NCBI GenBank assembly: GCA_050250935.1
Contig: JBFWNS010000002.1
Coordinates: 199,793-263,792, forward strand
DNA: 64,000 nucleotides
Direction of reading: 5' to 3'
Source of the DNA: Candidatus Margulisiibacteriota bacterium
GTDB taxonomy: Bacteria > Margulisbacteria > Marinamargulisbacteria > JBFWNS01
Part shown: piece by piece, positions 19,429 to 28,676 of the stretch
Layout: every line of letters starts with the position of its first letter
How positions within the stretch are numbered: the stretch's first letter is position 1
Made by a program: the position numbers and the translations under genes
The notes under the pieces: model-generated
Told to the model about the DNA's origin: nothing
What the model saw: the letters and a program-made list of their open reading frames with translations, nothing else
Database searches by the model: none

Positions 19429-21336
19429 TTAATCGGCAATAACAACAGGGCTTCGAAGCCGATACCGACTACTTTCCTCAGTAAACAACACGTTCGAACC
19501 TTGCCAGCACTGCCATTGTTCAAATTTAGCTTGAAGGGCATCTATAGCTCTACGCTTCTCTGATTCAAGTTCATCAGGCCGAATCTCAAAGTCGTCATCC
19601 CAAAGATGTCCAACGTCCCCAAAAAGCTCCGTATAACTTCGATGAAATTCAGCCATATGTTTATCGTGGGAATCTGCTAAATAATGCACAGCCTCTAGAA
19701 AACGTCTACCATAGGAAGTCACACCTGACGAATTCATTCTGATTTTTAAAAGATTGGGCTCATCGCTATCCCATTCTTTAGCCCCCCCCAAATCATTTAC
19801 CAAACAAATGGCTGTATTGATATTTGTATCCATAATTCCATATAAATGGGACTGTCTGAGTTTATCAGGAATCTGAATATTTAATAAAAATTCACCCAAA
19901 ACAAAAACGGTTGGAACTGCCCCGCTGGTTCTGCGATGATTCAAATACTGCTCAACCGGCGGTGCTTTTTCACGAATTTGCATTTCAGCAACAGCCGATT
20001 GAAAATATTGATTTGCTTTATCATAAAAAGCATTTAATAAATCCGAATCTACTTTTGTTGACTGTTGGTGCTGTCGTAAACGGCACCCAAAATCATAGAT
20101 GGCTCGGCCTAAAACTTTTGCCTGTTGCAGTTCCGATGAGGTTAAAACAGTTGACCAGTCATATTGGCGCTCATCTGCGCTATGAGCATCCGATCGGTCT
20201 AGTTCTTGTTCAAAATCTTCAAAGGTGTACTTTTCGTTTTTCAATAAACTCATTAACAGTCGGTTAAATGCTTGTAACAAGGGCTTATTCTCAAGCTTTC
20301 CAAATGTTGCGTCTTTTCTGTCGATCAAATCATCAAACAAAAATAAAATTAATACCCACATGGTATTAATTTTGTGTTTTTCAATATCTTTGGTTTGTAA
20401 AAGGGCATTAACCGCAAGCTCAATGAACTTACTGTTCTCAAAAGATCGAATAACATGATCACGATCTTGTTCATCACAGGCTTTTAACACGTCCCGGTAC
20501 CACACAAACATGTCTTCAATCACTTGTTGGATCAAGCCCGATTCATGCCGAGTTGGCTTTCTCCCAACCTGTAATTCAACAACCAAGGGCCTTCTGTTAA
20601 TCTCAAAGGACACATGAAACTTCTGGGTCACGCCCTGCTCAACGGTGGTGCTTGAAGCAACACATTCAACCCTCTCAGATGTTGGCTCAGGTAAAGTTTG
20701 GGCAGCAGCAGCAGCAGCAGACGCTCTTGCTCCATTTAAATCGGGAAAATTCGGGGGTACAGGTAGTCTTTGATCACCAAAAAAGGATGGGGGTCTTTTA
20801 ACGGGCACAAAATCTGGCTCTGAACCAATCTGAAAAGAATCATTGGAAACGGGTTTGATGGGTGGGGTTTCCGAACTATTAGGTCGGAAATTTGGACTTC
20901 GGCCTGGGGGTTCTTCGGATCCTGATGTTGGGGTTATGCTTCTGGGAAGTACCGTAATCACCTGTGTTGCAACTATTTTTATACTGACTCTTACTTCTTC
21001 AATTTTAAGAGGCTGACCGTCTACTGGTTTTGCGCCAGCAATCATGGCTTTAATCATGGCGCCTTTTTCTGTAGGCCCACTCTCTTTAGCCAAATGCAGA
21101 CCAATATCGTGTATAAGATCAAAAATTTGTACAGCGTTTGCTTCTGAAACCCCATCCCGTGTACTCTGCAAATATGGCAAAATATCTCTAACCGAGACTA
21201 CCGGCGTCCGATCCCCAAAAATTTCTGTAAACCTTGCCAATAGCGGTACTTCTGGTGCAACAGGCCTAGGCGGCTCGATTTGCCAAGCCATAGGTACTGC
21301 AATTTGTTTATGATGAAGTGGACAATATTTTTTCAT
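19429..21336 (-). CDS. Two-domain protein: N-terminal unknown/Pro-rich region plus C-terminal class-I terpene-synthase-like domain
   Basis: The sites that support the call are: LILFLFDDLID (DDxxD at aa 335-339); RR at 468-469, 46 aa before an NSE-like NDLGGAKE (514-521); and an RY pair 11 aa from the C-terminus. GAGG RBS upstream. Confidence 0.5.
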   Translation of the reverse strand: MKKYCPLHHKQIAVPMAWQIEPPRPVAPEVPLLARFTEIFGDRTPVVSVRDILPYLQSTRDGVSEANAVQIFDLIHDIGLHLAKESGPTEKGAMIKAMIAGAKPVDGQPLKIEEVRVSIKIVATQVITVLPRSITPTSGSEEPPGRSPNFRPNSSETPPIKPVSNDSFQIGSEPDFVPVKRPPSFFGDQRLPVPPNFPDLNGARASAAAAAAQTLPEPTSERVECVASSTTVEQGVTQKFHVSFEINRRPLVVELQVGRKPTRHESGLIQQVIEDMFVWYRDVLKACDEQDRDHVIRSFENSKFIELAVNALLQTKDIEKHKINTMWVLILFLFDDLIDRKDATFGKLENKPLLQAFNRLLMSLLKNEKYTFEDFEQELDRSDAHSADERQYDWSTVLTSSELQQAKVLGRAIYDFGCRLRQHQQSTKVDSDLLNAFYDKANQYFQSAVAEMQIREKAPPVEQYLNHRRTSGAVPTVFVLGEFLLNIQIPDKLRQSHLYGIMDTNINTAICLVNDLGGAKEWDSDEPNLLKIRMNSSGVTSYGRRFLEAVHYLADSHDKHMAEFHRSYTELFGDVGHLWDDDFEIRPDELESEKRRAIDALQAKFEQWQCWQGSNVLFTEESSRYRLRSPVVIAD

Positions 21337-21400
21337 AGAAAATGGGGACCTCTGACAGAGGTAAAAGGGTTAGAAAAATGGGGTAGAAACGCTATGAAAT

Positions 21401-21441
21401 AATTCTAAACCCATTCCCCCAAAAGTAAAAGATTTTTTTAT
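21401..21441. repeat. 41-bp conserved element, copy A (upstream of the terpene-synthase-like gene)
   Basis: aattctaaacccattcccccaaaagtaaaagatttttttat is identical to 22837-22877. Partial similarity extends about 20 bp further. Confidence 0.6.
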
Positions 21442-22757
21442 GTCAACTTCTGGTTGATTTGAAAAGTGACTTGAAAAGTTGTTCCAAGTCCCTGCTCTGT
21501 AGTAATGTGGAGTTTTCCTCCCTGCGCCGCCACAACCTCCTTAACAAACGTCAGTCCAAACCCCGAATTCCCAACCTTGGTACTAAACCCTTCCTCAAAA
21601 ATTTGATCCATAATCTCTGGGGCAATCCCTCCGGCATTATCCCGAAGTCCAAACAAAACCCCACCTTCCGTTCTTTTTGCCGAAAATTCTAGCTTGGTAG
21701 CCCCCGCTTGAATGGCGTTGACCATAAGATTGATGATGACGTTTTGAATTGCCCCTTCATGGCCATAAATAAGGGGAAGGTTCGATTCAAAATCCAACGT
21801 GGCTTGAACATTTTTTAGACAAAGATCTCCCTTTGACATGGTTAGCAAGGCTCGAACCATGGATTCCAATTCAAAAGTACTCGTTGCAGAAATGCTGAGG
21901 GAATTTTGGTGCAGAAGGGTTTCGACCAAATTATAGAGATTGGCGATAGTCCCTCTTAAGATGTTGGCTATTTTTTCGATATCATCTGGGCTTTTGGCGT
22001 ATTGAGACATAAGGTCGGGGACATTGGTCATCAAGCTGAGTGGATTTTTGATTTCGTGGGCAATGTGCTGGGTCATGGTGGCGAATTGGGCTTTTTGGGT
22101 TAAGGACTTATTGGTTTCCCAAAGTGTGGCGTGGGCAGATTGAAGTTGGGTGAGGGTCGTTTCAACTTGCTGTAAAGCTATTTGGAGGTTTTCTTCGTGA
22201 TATTCATTGAGTGCAATATAATAACGGAGGGTTAAGAATACCATGCTAAAAGCAACTGCTAGGCTTAAAAAAGACAGTGAAAAAGAAGCTGTTGTTGAGA
22301 TCTGGACCGATGAAATTTTATGGGAATACAAAGGCCACAATTGTAATAAAACCATGGTTGAGAAAGGAATAGTAAAAGCTACAATTTGAAGTATTTTTTC
22401 TCTGGGGCTAAACAAAGCCAAAGAAACGGCTGCAATAACAACAGCAACAATTTGAATACCTGCCTTTGGACCTAAAATAAATGCAAAGGTAAGAATAGCC
22501 AGGCAAGTTGAAAAAACAATTGCGAGCTTTCCTAGCTTGATAAAGCCTTTGGAAATAAAAGTATAGGAACTTAGAAATAAAAGGACAAAAGGAATCACCA
22601 AAAGCGCTAATCTAGGGAACCCTAAAAACAAAAATAAGAGACTATAAGGAACCCCAGCGGCGGAACCCACTAAAATTAATGTATTGGCCAAATACAGGCG
22701 CCTTTTTTCGGGTTGCTGAATAAAACTAGAGCCCGTTTCTAGTATTTTTGTAAGCAA
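21438..22757 (-). CDS. Membrane sensor histidine kinase (paralog of 18118-19419)
   Basis: Same architecture as the downstream kinase: multi-TM N-terminus, H-box IAHEIKNPLSLM and HATPase_c motifs. Confidence 0.85.
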   Translation of the reverse strand: MLTKILETGSSFIQQPEKRRLYLANTLILVGSAAGVPYSLLFLFLGFPRLALLVIPFVLLFLSSYTFISKGFIKLGKLAIVFSTCLAILTFAFILGPKAGIQIVAVVIAAVSLALFSPREKILQIVAFTIPFSTMVLLQLWPLYSHKISSVQISTTASFSLSFLSLAVAFSMVFLTLRYYIALNEYHEENLQIALQQVETTLTQLQSAHATLWETNKSLTQKAQFATMTQHIAHEIKNPLSLMTNVPDLMSQYAKSPDDIEKIANILRGTIANLYNLVETLLHQNSLSISATSTFELESMVRALLTMSKGDLCLKNVQATLDFESNLPLIYGHEGAIQNVIINLMVNAIQAGATKLEFSAKRTEGGVLFGLRDNAGGIAPEIMDQIFEEGFSTKVGNSGFGLTFVKEVVAAQGGKLHITTEQGLGTTFQVTFQINQKLT

Positions 22758-22836
22758 TGATTTGGCCTTTTATTGTGGCATAGAGCTTTACAAATGGAAC
22801 TCTATTTACAAAAAATAAGGGGAAACTTATGTACAG

Positions 22837-22877
22837 CAATTCTAAACCCATTCCCCCAAAAGTAAAAGATTTTTTTA
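22837..22877. repeat. 41-bp conserved element, copy B (upstream of sensor kinase 21438-22757)
   Basis: Identical to 21401-21441. Lies 79-120 bp upstream of the minus-strand kinase start. Confidence 0.6.
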
Positions 22878-23018
22878 TACTCCTTTAGGGTTGACTTGAA
22901 AAGAAAATGGCTTCATGAACTATGCCAAGACACCATAACGACTTTTTAAAGAAATCCGTGAAAGACAGCCACTTTTTTTGACTTTTTCACGATTTTTATC
23001 TGAATTTCGTTATTCTGT

Positions 23019-24137
23019 TTACTTTAATAAGGCCAAAACCGCCGCTTCCAAGGTGGGGTATTTTACAAATTCTGGCCAGAGGTCTTCCATGCCCTGGGGT
23101 TTGGGGGCGGAAGGAAAAAAAGATTTAAATACCGAAGGGCGAATGGGCAGGTGTTTTTCTAGGGCTTCTTTGGCATAGTTGGCAAACAAGGCAAAGCGGT
23201 TTTGGAAGGGAAGATCGCCACTGGCGTTTTCAAGGTCATAACAGTGGACCAGATCGTGAATTTTTTGGTTGATGGTTTCGGGATGGGCCGATTTGTTTAG
23301 ATAGTCCCGAACCCCGCGTTCAAATCCGGTTTTGGCAACAGGGGTATCTTCGTAGGCGGTCAGCATCAGAATCATGGCTTTCGGGGCCAGTTTTTTGATT
23401 TCGGGGATTAAGTCGTGGCCTTTTTTACCTGGCAATTCCACATCCAAAACCACCACGGCAACGTCTTTGTTTTGGGCCAAAATTTCCAGGGCTTCGTCGG
23501 CCTCTTTGGCATCCAAAATGGTATAGATTTTTTCCAAAGACAACCGAAACGCTTCGGCGATAAAGGCTTGGTCGTCAATAACCAAGACCTTCTGTTTTTG
23601 GGGCCTAAAAAAAGCTTCGGGCAAACTTAAATGCACCCCAAATTCGACTTCGTTTCCTTTTAACTTCATCCATTCCGCTTCCAAATTCGCCTGCACCAAC
23701 AACCGGGTTTCTTCGAGGGGGCCATCGGGCTTAAACTGTTGGGCGGCATAGCGCTTTAACGATTCTGTGGCATAGTTGGCGAAGGTGGTTTTGCAAAATT
23801 CCAGCAAGGGTTTATCGAAGGCATCGAAGACAAAAACCCCGCCCAAACGCATCAGGCGGACGGTGGCGTTATGATGGGTAATGCCCACAATCATGACGGG
23901 GATGTGGGAATAGGTGATTTGGATGTCTTGAACGGCACTTTCGAGTTCGGACAAAGAGAATCCGCCACAATCAATGACAACCACAGAAAACGAGGTGTTT
24001 TCGAAGCTTAAATCAGAAATCAATTCCTCTTGGTTTGAAAACCATCGGGACGAGACTTGATCGGCAAAAAAAGCCTCGAAAAACGCAACCCGTGTCGGGT
24101 CTTCGGACAAAATATAAGCAATAAAATTAGAATCCAT
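23019..24137 (-). CDS. Response regulator with tandem receiver domains (first degenerate) and C-terminal domain of unknown function, no DNA-binding output
   Basis: Second REC is canonical: KVLVIDDQ...VVVLDVELPG...ILMLTA...K. The first is a pseudo-receiver. 14 bp downstream of the glyS stop. Confidence 0.7.
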   Translation of the reverse strand: MDSNFIAYILSEDPTRVAFFEAFFADQVSSRWFSNQEELISDLSFENTSFSVVVIDCGGFSLSELESAVQDIQITYSHIPVMIVGITHHNATVRLMRLGGVFVFDAFDKPLLEFCKTTFANYATESLKRYAAQQFKPDGPLEETRLLVQANLEAEWMKLKGNEVEFGVHLSLPEAFFRPQKQKVLVIDDQAFIAEAFRLSLEKIYTILDAKEADEALEILAQNKDVAVVVLDVELPGKKGHDLIPEIKKLAPKAMILMLTAYEDTPVAKTGFERGVRDYLNKSAHPETINQKIHDLVHCYDLENASGDLPFQNRFALFANYAKEALEKHLPIRPSVFKSFFPSAPKPQGMEDLWPEFVKYPTLEAAVLALLK

Positions 24138-24151
24138 CCCCGACTGCCCCC

Positions 24152-26179
24152 TTACACCACAATTTTTTCGAAATCTCCAATAGACTTAAACAACCCATTA
24201 ATTTGAGACAAAAACGCCAAGCGGTTGGCTCGAATTCCCTCGTCTGGGTCCATGACCATAACCTGATCAAAATAGGTGGTTAGGGTTGGGATGAGGGTTT
24301 GAACCATCGGCTTGTAGTGGTCGATGACGGTCTGCGGGGTAACCCCAGCTGGAAACAGGGCTTTGAAAGCATCCAAAGCCACCCCTTCTTGAGCGTCTTT
24401 AAACAAACGGGGCTCCACTGCCGATACCGCTTCCGATTTTACCAATCGGGCGACCCGAACCCCCAGATCCACCCAGGCTTTAAAATGGGGCTCTTGGCGG
24501 CGGGCTTTTAAGAAGGTCAAAGCAGCCAGTTGTTGGCTGGGTTTTCCAGCAAAATTAGCCATAACAGCATCGACCAAATCGTAGTCGAATCCGCGCAGCT
24601 CTTTAAAAAACAAACTGACCCGCTGTTTGAAAAAATCCAAACAGTCTTTTTTTCCTGTTTGGGTTTGGAGGCCCTCAAAGGCAGCATCCAGACCCTCGGT
24701 TAAAGAAAAGGAAGTCCAGTCGGGCAAGGTTAAATTCATTTCCAAAATCGCATTGGCCATCCGACGAATGCTCCAGGGATCTTGAGAGCCGGTTGGAATC
24801 AGTCCGTTTACAAAACAGGCTGCAATTGTGTCCAACCGATCGGCGATGCCAACCACAGACCCCGCAAGGGTTGTAGGCAAGCTATCCCCAGCAAATCGGG
24901 GCAGATAGTGCTCTTCGATGCCCAAGGAAACGGGCTCGGGCAGCCGGTGATACCGGGCATAAACCGCCCCCATTTTGCCTTGAAGCTCTGGCAATTCGTA
25001 GACCATTTGGGTGGTTAAATCAGACTTGGACAACCGGGCAATGATTTCGATATTGGGGTCTGTTTTTCCAATAAACGAAGCCAACTGGATCGACAGGCGC
25101 TGAATTCGCGCCACTTTGTCGGCCAAGGTTCCCAACCCTTTTTGGAAGACCACGGTTTTTAATTTTTCGGCGTGTTGGTCCAGGGTTTGTTTGATGTCTT
25201 CTTCGTAAAAAAACCGTACATCGTCCAAACGGGCCACCAAAACTTGGCGGTTGCCTTTTCGAATATTGGCCTCGCTTTTGGGGGTGACATTTTCGGCCAC
25301 CACGGCAAAGGAATGGGTTAATTGACCGTTGTTGAGAATGGGAAAGTATTTTTGATGCTTTTTCATACAGGCAATTAAAGCCTGTTGGGGCAGGCGTAAA
25401 AAGTCGTCGGGAAACGATTCGACCAGCACCGTTGGCCATTCGCACAAATAGGTGACTTCTTCGAGCAAGCCTTCGTCGGATTGGGCGCCATGGGTTTCCA
25501 GTGCTTTGCGAATCGCCTGCTTGCGTTTGGCGGGGTCTACTACCACATGGGCATTTTCCAGAATCGTTTCGAATTGGGTGGCTTCTGGGACTGGAATGGG
25601 CTGATGATCGGCTAAAAACCGGTGCCCCCAAGTCTCGGGTTTGCTTTGAATGCCATACAAATTCAGAGGAATAGCGGTGTTGCCATGCAAACAAAGCACC
25701 CAATGCACGGGCCGAATAAAGGCCTTGCTTTCGTGCCCCCATTTCATGGCAATGGGCAAGGGCAAATTGGCCACAACCGATTCCAACAGTTCGGGCAAGA
25801 CTTGAACAGCAGGCGCAACCGATTCGTCGCGATAGGCCACCACATAGGATTTCCCTTGCTCTTCTTCAACAACGAAAGCATCGGGATCGATTCCGGCTTT
25901 TTTGGCAAAGCCAATGGCCGGGGCAAGCCATTCGCCGTTGGTGCCTTTGGCTGCGGCCAATTGTGGGCCACGCAATCGGGTTTTTCCGCCGGTTTGCTCG
26001 GTGGCCAAGTTGGCCATCAGAACAAAACGTCTGTAGGTTCCCAAGGTTCGGACCTCGGTTGCAGCCAATCGGTGGCTGGCAAAGGCCGTCTCGGCTGCCG
26101 TTTTTAGTTGGTTTAAAAAGTCTGTCATAAAGCGGGCGGGAACCTCTTCCACACCCAGCTCGAATACAAATGGCCTCAT
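24152..26179 (-). CDS. glyS: Glycine--tRNA ligase beta subunit
   Basis: [19 protein letters not shown]-terminus and overall GlyS-beta length. The start was chosen at M13 of the track ORF, giving an ATGA overlap with the upstream ATPase stop. Confidence 0.9.
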   Translation of the reverse strand: MRPFVFELGVEEVPARFMTDFLNQLKTAAETAFASHRLAATEVRTLGTYRRFVLMANLATEQTGGKTRLRGPQLAAAKGTNGEWLAPAIGFAKKAGIDPDAFVVEEEQGKSYVVAYRDESVAPAVQVLPELLESVVANLPLPIAMKWGHESKAFIRPVHWVLCLHGNTAIPLNLYGIQSKPETWGHRFLADHQPIPVPEATQFETILENAHVVVDPAKRKQAIRKALETHGAQSDEGLLEEVTYLCEWPTVLVESFPDDFLRLPQQALIACMKKHQKYFPILNNGQLTHSFAVVAENVTPKSEANIRKGNRQVLVARLDDVRFFYEEDIKQTLDQHAEKLKTVVFQKGLGTLADKVARIQRLSIQLASFIGKTDPNIEIIARLSKSDLTTQMVYELPELQGKMGAVYARYHRLPEPVSLGIEEHYLPRFAGDSLPTTLAGSVVGIADRLDTIAACFVNGLIPTGSQDPWSIRRMANAILEMNLTLPDWTSFSLTEGLDAAFEGLQTQTGKKDCLDFFKQRVSLFFKELRGFDYDLVDAVMANFAGKPSQQLAALTFLKARRQEPHFKAWVDLGVRVARLVKSEAVSAVEPRLFKDAQEGVALDAFKALFPAGVTPQTVIDHYKPMVQTLIPTLTTYFDQVMVMDPDEGIRANRLAFLSQINGLFKSIGDFEKIVV

Positions 26180-27297
26180 GGTTTGGATCCTTCTTGCGCT
26201 TTGGCTTTCAAACACACCACCCCACCCTCTGTGCGTTTGAACAACACGAGATTTTCGAGTTCAAATTCCCCAATCAAAACGGGATTTTGGACATCCAAGA
26301 TCACCTGGGTCTGCTCGCTGGCAGCCAAAAACAGCCGATGCAACTGAGGCAAAAGACTGGCGTGAAGGCCAGCATCGGGAAACTTAATGCCCATGACGGT
26401 CGGTTTTTGGGGATGCAAACACAACACCACCCAGCACAAAAATCGGACCCAAGCATCGGACCATTCGTAGATGGGCAACTTCACCGAAACCTCTTGGACA
26501 GAGGCCAAAACCATGCACTCTCGACTTAGGCCTTTTTGATTGACGGTTAAGGACAGAATCGCAGGAAAAGCGGTTTTGAGTTCCGCTTCGATGGCCTGAA
26601 ACACGGTTGGGTTTTTGTGTTGTAATTCGTAAAGCAGGCTCGGCAAATTCGAGGCATCTTCGGCCAAAAAAGTGTCTTTTCCGGCGTCTCCCACATCCAT
26701 AAACCGTTTGGCAAAGAGGGTTTCTGCCTTGTACAAGCGCCATCCCGAAATAAAGTGCTTAACACTGGCAATCACACCCAAGCTGGGGTCTTTGATCTGG
26801 GCCAGCCCCAGGCTGTTGGGCTCTCGGGTTCGAAACGTGTGTTTAATTCCCCAATGACTGACCGTGCCTTGGGTATTTTTTCGCTCGGGATCGTCGGCAA
26901 TGCCCTCTTGGTTTTTCACTTGCATGAAGTCGAAACTGTGGTTTGGCGCCGTGCCTTTGATGCGTTCGGACACCACGGCCAACCGTTGCAAAGGACCTTT
27001 AAGCTCGCCTTGGTAAAACAAGTACGATTCGAGTTTGGCATCGGCCTCGATTTTAAGGCTCCATAACAGGGACGATTGGGCATTGAAAAACACCTTGGTC
27101 CCCACATGGGTTGCCCATAATTCGGGGGTCATTTGGCCTTCGTTTAGGCTGTCTCTGAGGGCGGACAAAAATCCAAACACCGACGACTTGCCCACCCCAT
27201 TTTCGCCCAAAAAAACCGAAAGTCGGTTCAAAGGAACGGTGATGTCGTCGAACAGGCGATAGCCCTGCAACCGAATGGATTTGATTATGGATTTCAC
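26176..27297 (-). CDS. SMC/ABC-like P-loop ATPase (AAA_21/RecF-like fold) inserted between glyQ and glyS
   Basis: [14 protein letters not shown]...GENGVGKSS Walker A at the N-terminus and a C-terminal [15 protein letters not shown]-loop-like region. ATGA overlaps at both ends. Confidence 0.65.
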   Translation of the reverse strand: MKSIIKSIRLQGYRLFDDITVPLNRLSVFLGENGVGKSSVFGFLSALRDSLNEGQMTPELWATHVGTKVFFNAQSSLLWSLKIEADAKLESYLFYQGELKGPLQRLAVVSERIKGTAPNHSFDFMQVKNQEGIADDPERKNTQGTVSHWGIKHTFRTREPNSLGLAQIKDPSLGVIASVKHFISGWRLYKAETLFAKRFMDVGDAGKDTFLAEDASNLPSLLYELQHKNPTVFQAIEAELKTAFPAILSLTVNQKGLSRECMVLASVQEVSVKLPIYEWSDAWVRFLCWVVLCLHPQKPTVMGIKFPDAGLHASLLPQLHRLFLAASEQTQVILDVQNPVLIGEFELENLVLFKRTEGGVVCLKAKAQEGSKP

Positions 27298-28154
27298 TCG
27301 GGCTCCTTGATGTACAACTCGGCACAGCCTCGGGCCAGTTTTCGAATGCGCAGAATGGTAGCCGTTCTTTCGGAAACTGAAATGGCGCCTCGGGCATCCA
27401 ATAAATTAAAGGTATGCGAGCATTTTAAGCACCAATCATAGGCCGGAATGGCCAATCCAGCTGCCAAGACCCGCTGGGTTTCAGCCTCGTAAAGGGCAAA
27501 CAATTGAAAAAGCATCTCGGTGGATGCCTCTGTAAAATTATAATGACAATTTTCGATTTCAGACTGCTTGTAAATGTCCCCATAGGTGACGATCTTGTCT
27601 TTGTGGGTTTGCCACACCAAATCGTAGACCGTTGGTTTTTGTTGAATAAACATGGCCAAGCGTTCTAGCCCATAGGTAATTTCAACCGAAATGGGGTTCA
27701 CATCCACCCCGCCGCATTGTTGGAAATAGGTAAATTGGGTCACTTCCATGCCATTTAGCCAGACTTCCCAGCCCACACCCCAAGCACCAAGGGTTGGCGA
27801 TTCCCAGTTGTCTTCGACAAACCGAATGTCGTGTTCTTCGGGAATAATCCCCAACCCGCGCAAACTGTTTAAATAGAGTTCTTGGACGTTCAGCGGCGAA
27901 GGCTTCAAAATCACTTGAAATTGAAAATAGTGTTGAAGGCGATTGGGGTTTTCGGCATATCGACCATCGGTGGGACGGCGGCAGGGTTCGACATAGGCCA
28001 CGTTCCAATCGCTGGGACCCAAGACCCTTAAAAAAGTGTGGGGGCTCATCGTGCCAGCCCCTTTTTCAGTGTCATAGGGGTTTAAAATCAGACACCCTTG
28101 TTCGTCCCAATATCGCTGTAAATTAAAAATGATTTCTTGAAAAGTAAGTGCCAC
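27294..28154 (-). CDS. glyQ: Glycine--tRNA ligase alpha subunit
   Basis: [21 protein letters not shown]...[15 protein letters not shown] is canonical GlyQ. Confidence 0.95.
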   Translation of the reverse strand: MALTFQEIIFNLQRYWDEQGCLILNPYDTEKGAGTMSPHTFLRVLGPSDWNVAYVEPCRRPTDGRYAENPNRLQHYFQFQVILKPSPLNVQELYLNSLRGLGIIPEEHDIRFVEDNWESPTLGAWGVGWEVWLNGMEVTQFTYFQQCGGVDVNPISVEITYGLERLAMFIQQKPTVYDLVWQTHKDKIVTYGDIYKQSEIENCHYNFTEASTEMLFQLFALYEAETQRVLAAGLAIPAYDWCLKCSHTFNLLDARGAISVSERTATILRIRKLARGCAELYIKEPE

Positions 28155-28676
28155 TTATCGTCTCCGTTGGATGTTTCGAATCAGCGTCATTTCGATTTCT
28201 CGTTGGACGGCTTTGATAAAAGACAAGCGCTTGTCGATGGGATCGACCAAAACAGTATGAGCCCGAACCCAACGCCCCAAGATGACATCGGTTAGCAGTT
28301 GATCGCCGACGACCACCGATTTTTCCAAATCGATGCCCTTTTCCCCAGCCAATTCTTGAAGGGCATAGACAAAGGGCTTCCAGGCCCGGTAAACACCGGT
28401 CACTTCGGCTTGTTTGCAGAACCGCTCGATGCGGCGTTGACTGCGGTTATTGGACACAAAAAACACCTCGAAGCCCAGGGCTTTGGCCTTGGACAACCAG
28501 TTGAGTTTTTGCAGGGATAAATTGCGCTCTTTAAGGGAAACCAGGGTGTTGTCGATATCCAAAAACAACGCCCGATACCCTTTGGCAATCAGGGCCTCCA
28601 GTTGAATATCTTCCACCCGCTCCAAAATTTCGCTGGGGCTTAGCAACTCGTAAACCACGGTTTTAAGCGACTTCAT
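28155..28676 (-). CDS. HAD-superfamily phosphatase (YqeG / subfamily IIIA-like)
   Basis: DxDxT motif in LFLDIDNTLV; small HAD core of about 170 aa. Confidence 0.7.
   Translation of the reverse strand: MKSLKTVVYELLSPSEILERVEDIQLEALIAKGYRALFLDIDNTLVSLKERNLSLQKLNWLSKAKALGFEVFFVSNNRSQRRIERFCKQAEVTGVYRAWKPFVYALQELAGEKGIDLEKSVVVGDQLLTDVILGRWVRAHTVLVDPIDKRLSFIKAVQREIEMTLIRNIQRRR

Noticed and set aside
20695-20720. GCA/GCT trinucleotide run (gcagcagcagcagcagcag) as a possible repeat feature
   Set aside because: It is simply the coding sequence for an Ala6 linker inside the terpene-synthase-like protein. It is a possible slippage site but not a separate element.
25020-25742. 240-aa minus-strand alternative-frame ORF within glyS
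   Set aside because: It is an out-of-frame overlap of the GlyS-beta coding sequence, with an Arg/Ser/Pro-rich translation and no independent support.
26176-27297. Calling the glyQ-glyS inserted ATPase recF
   Set aside because: It has a RecF-like size and N-terminal layout, but there is no LSGGQ-type signature and no dnaN/gyrB context. It is embedded in the glyQS operon, so it is kept as an unclassified SMC-like ATPase.
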